Position numbers and translations under genes: made by a program. The notes under the pieces are model-generated. The model saw only the letters and a program-made list of their open reading frames with translations, was not told the origin of the DNA and searched no databases. A stretch of 64,000 nucleotides of DNA from Auanema rhodensis (Eukaryota > Animalia > Nematoda), in NCBI GenBank assembly GCA_964057225.1, contig OZ059897.1, forward strand, positions 7,750,001-7,814,000, read 5' to 3'. Positions 62,893 to 64,000 of the stretch are shown piece by piece (positions within the stretch are counted from its first letter, which is position 1; each line of letters begins with the position of its first letter).

Positions 62893-64000
62893 TTGGTTGA
62901 ACTGATGCACAGAAGCGGTTGACCCATTCCATTAGATATCATTCACCTTTTTCTTATTCTTCCCTTGCACACACCCAATTCTTCGAATTCTTTCGTTGAT
63001 TTATTCTATTTCGTTGTGCCTTTTATGACTTAACTACTTAAGATTTGACCTTATGGCACGTTACTTTCCTCCATCATTTCTTAGAAATAGTAACACTGCC
63101 AAAGTAACATTTGTCGGTTTTTGGCAAACCGGTTAGGCTCGGTTGTTCGCTGATCGAAGGACATTCGAAGTCATGGTCGACGATAAAATTAGCACTAATC
63201 TAGTCAAGCCTCTGACCTCCATTTTAAAAGAATGTCTTCCTTGCGCAGCTTTTGTTTGTTCGGATAACGTAAAACCAGCGAATATTTTCAATTAGACGAG
63301 AATATGGTGCCACATGGCTTTGTGATGAAAACAAAATTAAAATCAGATGACATGTTGGTGTGCTGAATGTGCTCTCTGATCTATTCTGGGACACCTAGTT
63401 CATCACGTGTTTAAAGGTTTCAGAATAAGATAGAATAAGTCATGGTTAGTTTGAGAAGTCACGTACTTTTTCACTATTTCCTCACATTGTCCATCCCACC
63501 CCTGCATTTGCAAACGATGTTTTTTCTCTAAAAGCTAGCGCCAACATCTAACTATTACTTCAAAACAAATAGTTTAATAAAAAAATTTTGCTTGACAAGG
63601 TGACCACATGTGCAGCTCTATTTTTACCTATCAACATTGAGATTCACCTGATTACTCATCACACACCACTCTTTCATTCTAACTTTTGAAAGTTGATATG
63701 AGGCTTAGAAAAATTCGATTAAGATTGCCACTTCAGCTGTTCAATTTGAAAACTTTTGAGACTTTTATCCGTAATTCTCACATCTTCTCTAGCTTTTAGC
63801 CTATTGTCAATCTCTTTTCTGAGCATGTTGAACGGAAATGAAAAAAAGATCGAGGTTAACCTTCAATAAGCAATCTTTAGTCTTAATGTGTGATTTATAG
63901 CTATGGAGAAGCTGTGAAAATTGCCATTGATATACCTTTCGTAAACCTTTTAAGCAAATCATATATTCAACTCTTTTAAGAAGAAATTTCATAAAACTTA

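Noticed and set aside
13321-63137. Scattered TTAGGC hexamers (nematode telomere repeat)
   Set aside because: Single copies only, with no arrays or telomere-addition signature.
1-64000. CRISPR arrays, operon-like prokaryotic systems, intact transposons
   Set aside because: The sequence is intron-rich nematode DNA; no repeat-spacer arrays, LTRs, long TIR pairs or transposase ORFs were seen.

Overview
Eukaryotic, AT-rich (about 30% GC by eye) genomic DNA from a rhabditid (clade V-like) nematode. Evidence: many ~45-55 nt introns with TTTCAG/TTTTAG acceptors, unpaired acceptors just before several ATGs (trans-splicing signature), and close matches to C. elegans proteins recalled from memory. Ten spliced genes were reconstructed by hand: a stand-alone HAD hydrolase, a patched-related protein, a C6-domain secreted protein, a modular Cys/Gln/His/Gly secreted protein, osta-3, a 103-aa unknown protein, a small secreted protein, the fusogen eff-1, an ACOT9-like thioesterase, and aqp-2 (5' end outside the window). 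Two long gene-free intervals (16.7-34 kb and 36.1-50.5 kb) hold microsatellites, strand-composition switches and possible decayed gene relics. The main unexplained signal is a dispersed family of short TTCACGT/ACGTGAA clusters, often repeated at ~10-11 bp spacing, recurring every ~1-10 kb regardless of gene context. No tRNA, rRNA, CRISPR array or intact transposon was recognised. Most supplied ORFs are exon fragments or spurious. All coordinates and counts are manual.
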